This document shows positions 62,384-64,000 of a stretch of 64,000 bases of DNA, one piece after another; the stretch's first letter is position 1, and every line of letters begins with the position of its first letter. Under the pieces are notes generated by a model. The model did not search any database. It was not told the DNA's origin and worked only from the letters and a program-made list of their open reading frames with translations. This DNA is from Adineta vaga (Eukaryota; Animalia; Rotifera), in NCBI GenBank assembly GCA_021613535.1, contig CP075492.1, positions 10,354,001 through 10,418,000 of the forward strand, in the 5' to 3' direction. A program made the position numbers and the translations under genes.

Positions 62384-64000
62384 TTAAGGATCAATAAATG
62401 ATACCATGATATATCGTTTTCCTTTTGTTACTGGTAAACCTTCATGTAAATGTGTTAAACGACCTGGTTGCATCAATGCCCAACCACGACGTGTCGATAA
62501 TACTGAACAATTTTGTCGAACAAATCGACAACCACCACCCTATAACAAAATTGTATAACTTTTCAAATGAAAATATTCCATAGCTTACTTCAAAATCTTT
62601 TCCAGGATCATTCAAAGCAAGATTAACCGTATATGTCGATGCATCATGATGTGCTCGTAAACTTCTTTGACGATCGGGCATGTAACGAACGACAAAATTA
62701 AGCACTGCTTTTGGTGGCTATAAACAATCAGATTGATTCGGATTTCGAATAAACAAAAAAAAAAGAACTTACATCACTATAATAACCAGTAAAGACTTTT
62801 TGTTGAATTGGTTGAACAATATCTCTCAAAATGAATAGCCAATGTTCTTGAAAATCAACTTGTGTCATGTGTATATCATCTGTTGGAACATTTTCATAAC
62901 CACCATTTAATCGCGCATCCTAAATGAACAAATTTTGAATAGTTTGTTTAGTTTTTTCTATCGATTCAATTTTACTGAATGTGTTGCTCCAGACCATTGA
63001 TTGAATGTTTCCATTAAATTGATTAAACTTTCAGTAAATTCTTCGGAAAGAAATGGAAACCAATAGACATCAGGACATGGCTAAAAATGAGAACAAAATC
63101 ATTTGTTGAAAAATAATAAATGATTTACCTGTTCAATAACTGTATCAGCTTCAAGTGATTTATGATAGGCAGGATGAAGATAACGAGCTTTCCAATCCTA
63201 CAAAATTAAAAGATTTCAACTAAACATAATTCAAAAGAAAATATTTACTTTGACATTATTGAATATTTCATAGAGTTCAGGTTGTGTTAATGAGATATTA
63301 AAATTTTCTGGATCGATTAAATGTCCATAATTCATATCATTATCAATATACATGAAATATCCCTTTAAAAATTAAAAAACAATCTTAATGAAGACTTTTT
63401 TACTTTAACTCACAGCATCTCGTATTGATTGACAAAATTTCACATCTGGATCAACTTTTGATTCGATATAACTTGGAGTAAAACGTTGAAGAAACTTTCC
63501 ATTAATTAAATAAACATGAGCAACATGAGGAACATTGAAAAGACCCCTAAACAAACAATACATATTCAATTACATAGACGAAAAGAATTTCGTACATTTT
63601 CTTATAATTAACAAAATCCATATAATCTGGTGATCGTTGATAAAATCCATCATCGGAAATATCTCCCCAAAAATTGCTCCATGTTTGCCCAGGTCGAAGT
63701 AACATCGGTGCGACAACCGTTCGATTTCGTACGATTAATTCAATTAATGTATCAGGATGATCAATATGTGCAATTGAATCAAGCACGAAAAGATAATCAC
63801 ATTTATCTTCTTGACATTCGCGACTAAAAAGAAAAATCTCGAAATTTCAATTCTTTTCAATTTCAATCCACATACATAGCTTGTTGTCGAGCTTCACCTT
63901 CACTCATATCATCATCGACATTCAAATATTTGACGAACTTATATTCCTCTTCTTTGAATTTTTTTAAATAGTGCTCCGTAATATTTTTATGATACTCAAC
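62384..64000 (-). CDS. PLOD: Procollagen-lysine 2-oxoglutarate 5-dioxygenase (lysyl hydroxylase), 5' part outside the window
   Basis: [105 protein letters not shown]. Confidence 0.96.

Overview
AT-rich, gene-dense eukaryotic (metazoan) DNA with many short GT-AG introns of about 45-65 nt. Conserved animal genes are mixed with several bacterial-type enzymes, a combination that most resembles a bdelloid rotifer (inference; no search was run). About 26 protein-coding genes can be reconstructed, in order: erythromycin-esterase family (partial), TRAK/Milton, POLD4, RMDN, TMEM143, CFAP100, an intronless multipass membrane protein, an orphan ORF, CCDC134 with a complete calpain gene nested on the same strand in its first intron, a YbaY/YscW-domain protein, AIP, kinesin light chain, VIPAS39, an RPxSA-repeat protein, a WAP/antistasin type-I membrane protein, AP-1/2 beta-adaptin, WDR83, uridine-cytidine kinase, a REC114-like meiotic DSB factor, an EF-hand protein, a secreted/GPI-anchored thiaminase I, a carboxylic-acid-reductase-like NRPS (A-T-R) with an unusual N-terminus, xanthine dehydrogenase, a folate-receptor-fold protein and PLOD (partial). 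Main findings: (1) an adjacent pair of foreign-looking intronless genes, thiaminase I and the CAR-like NRPS, head-to-head with XDH; (2) a REC114 homolog; (3) the same-strand nested calpain; (4) operon-like co-directional arrays with splice acceptors just before the ATGs; (5) three hidden alternative first exons (beta-adaptin, VIPAS39, antistasin protein); (6) two apparent 1-nt frameshifts (TMEM143, XDH). No rRNA, tRNA, CRISPR array or intact transposon was recognised. Exon boundaries were read by eye and family assignments rest on recalled motifs.
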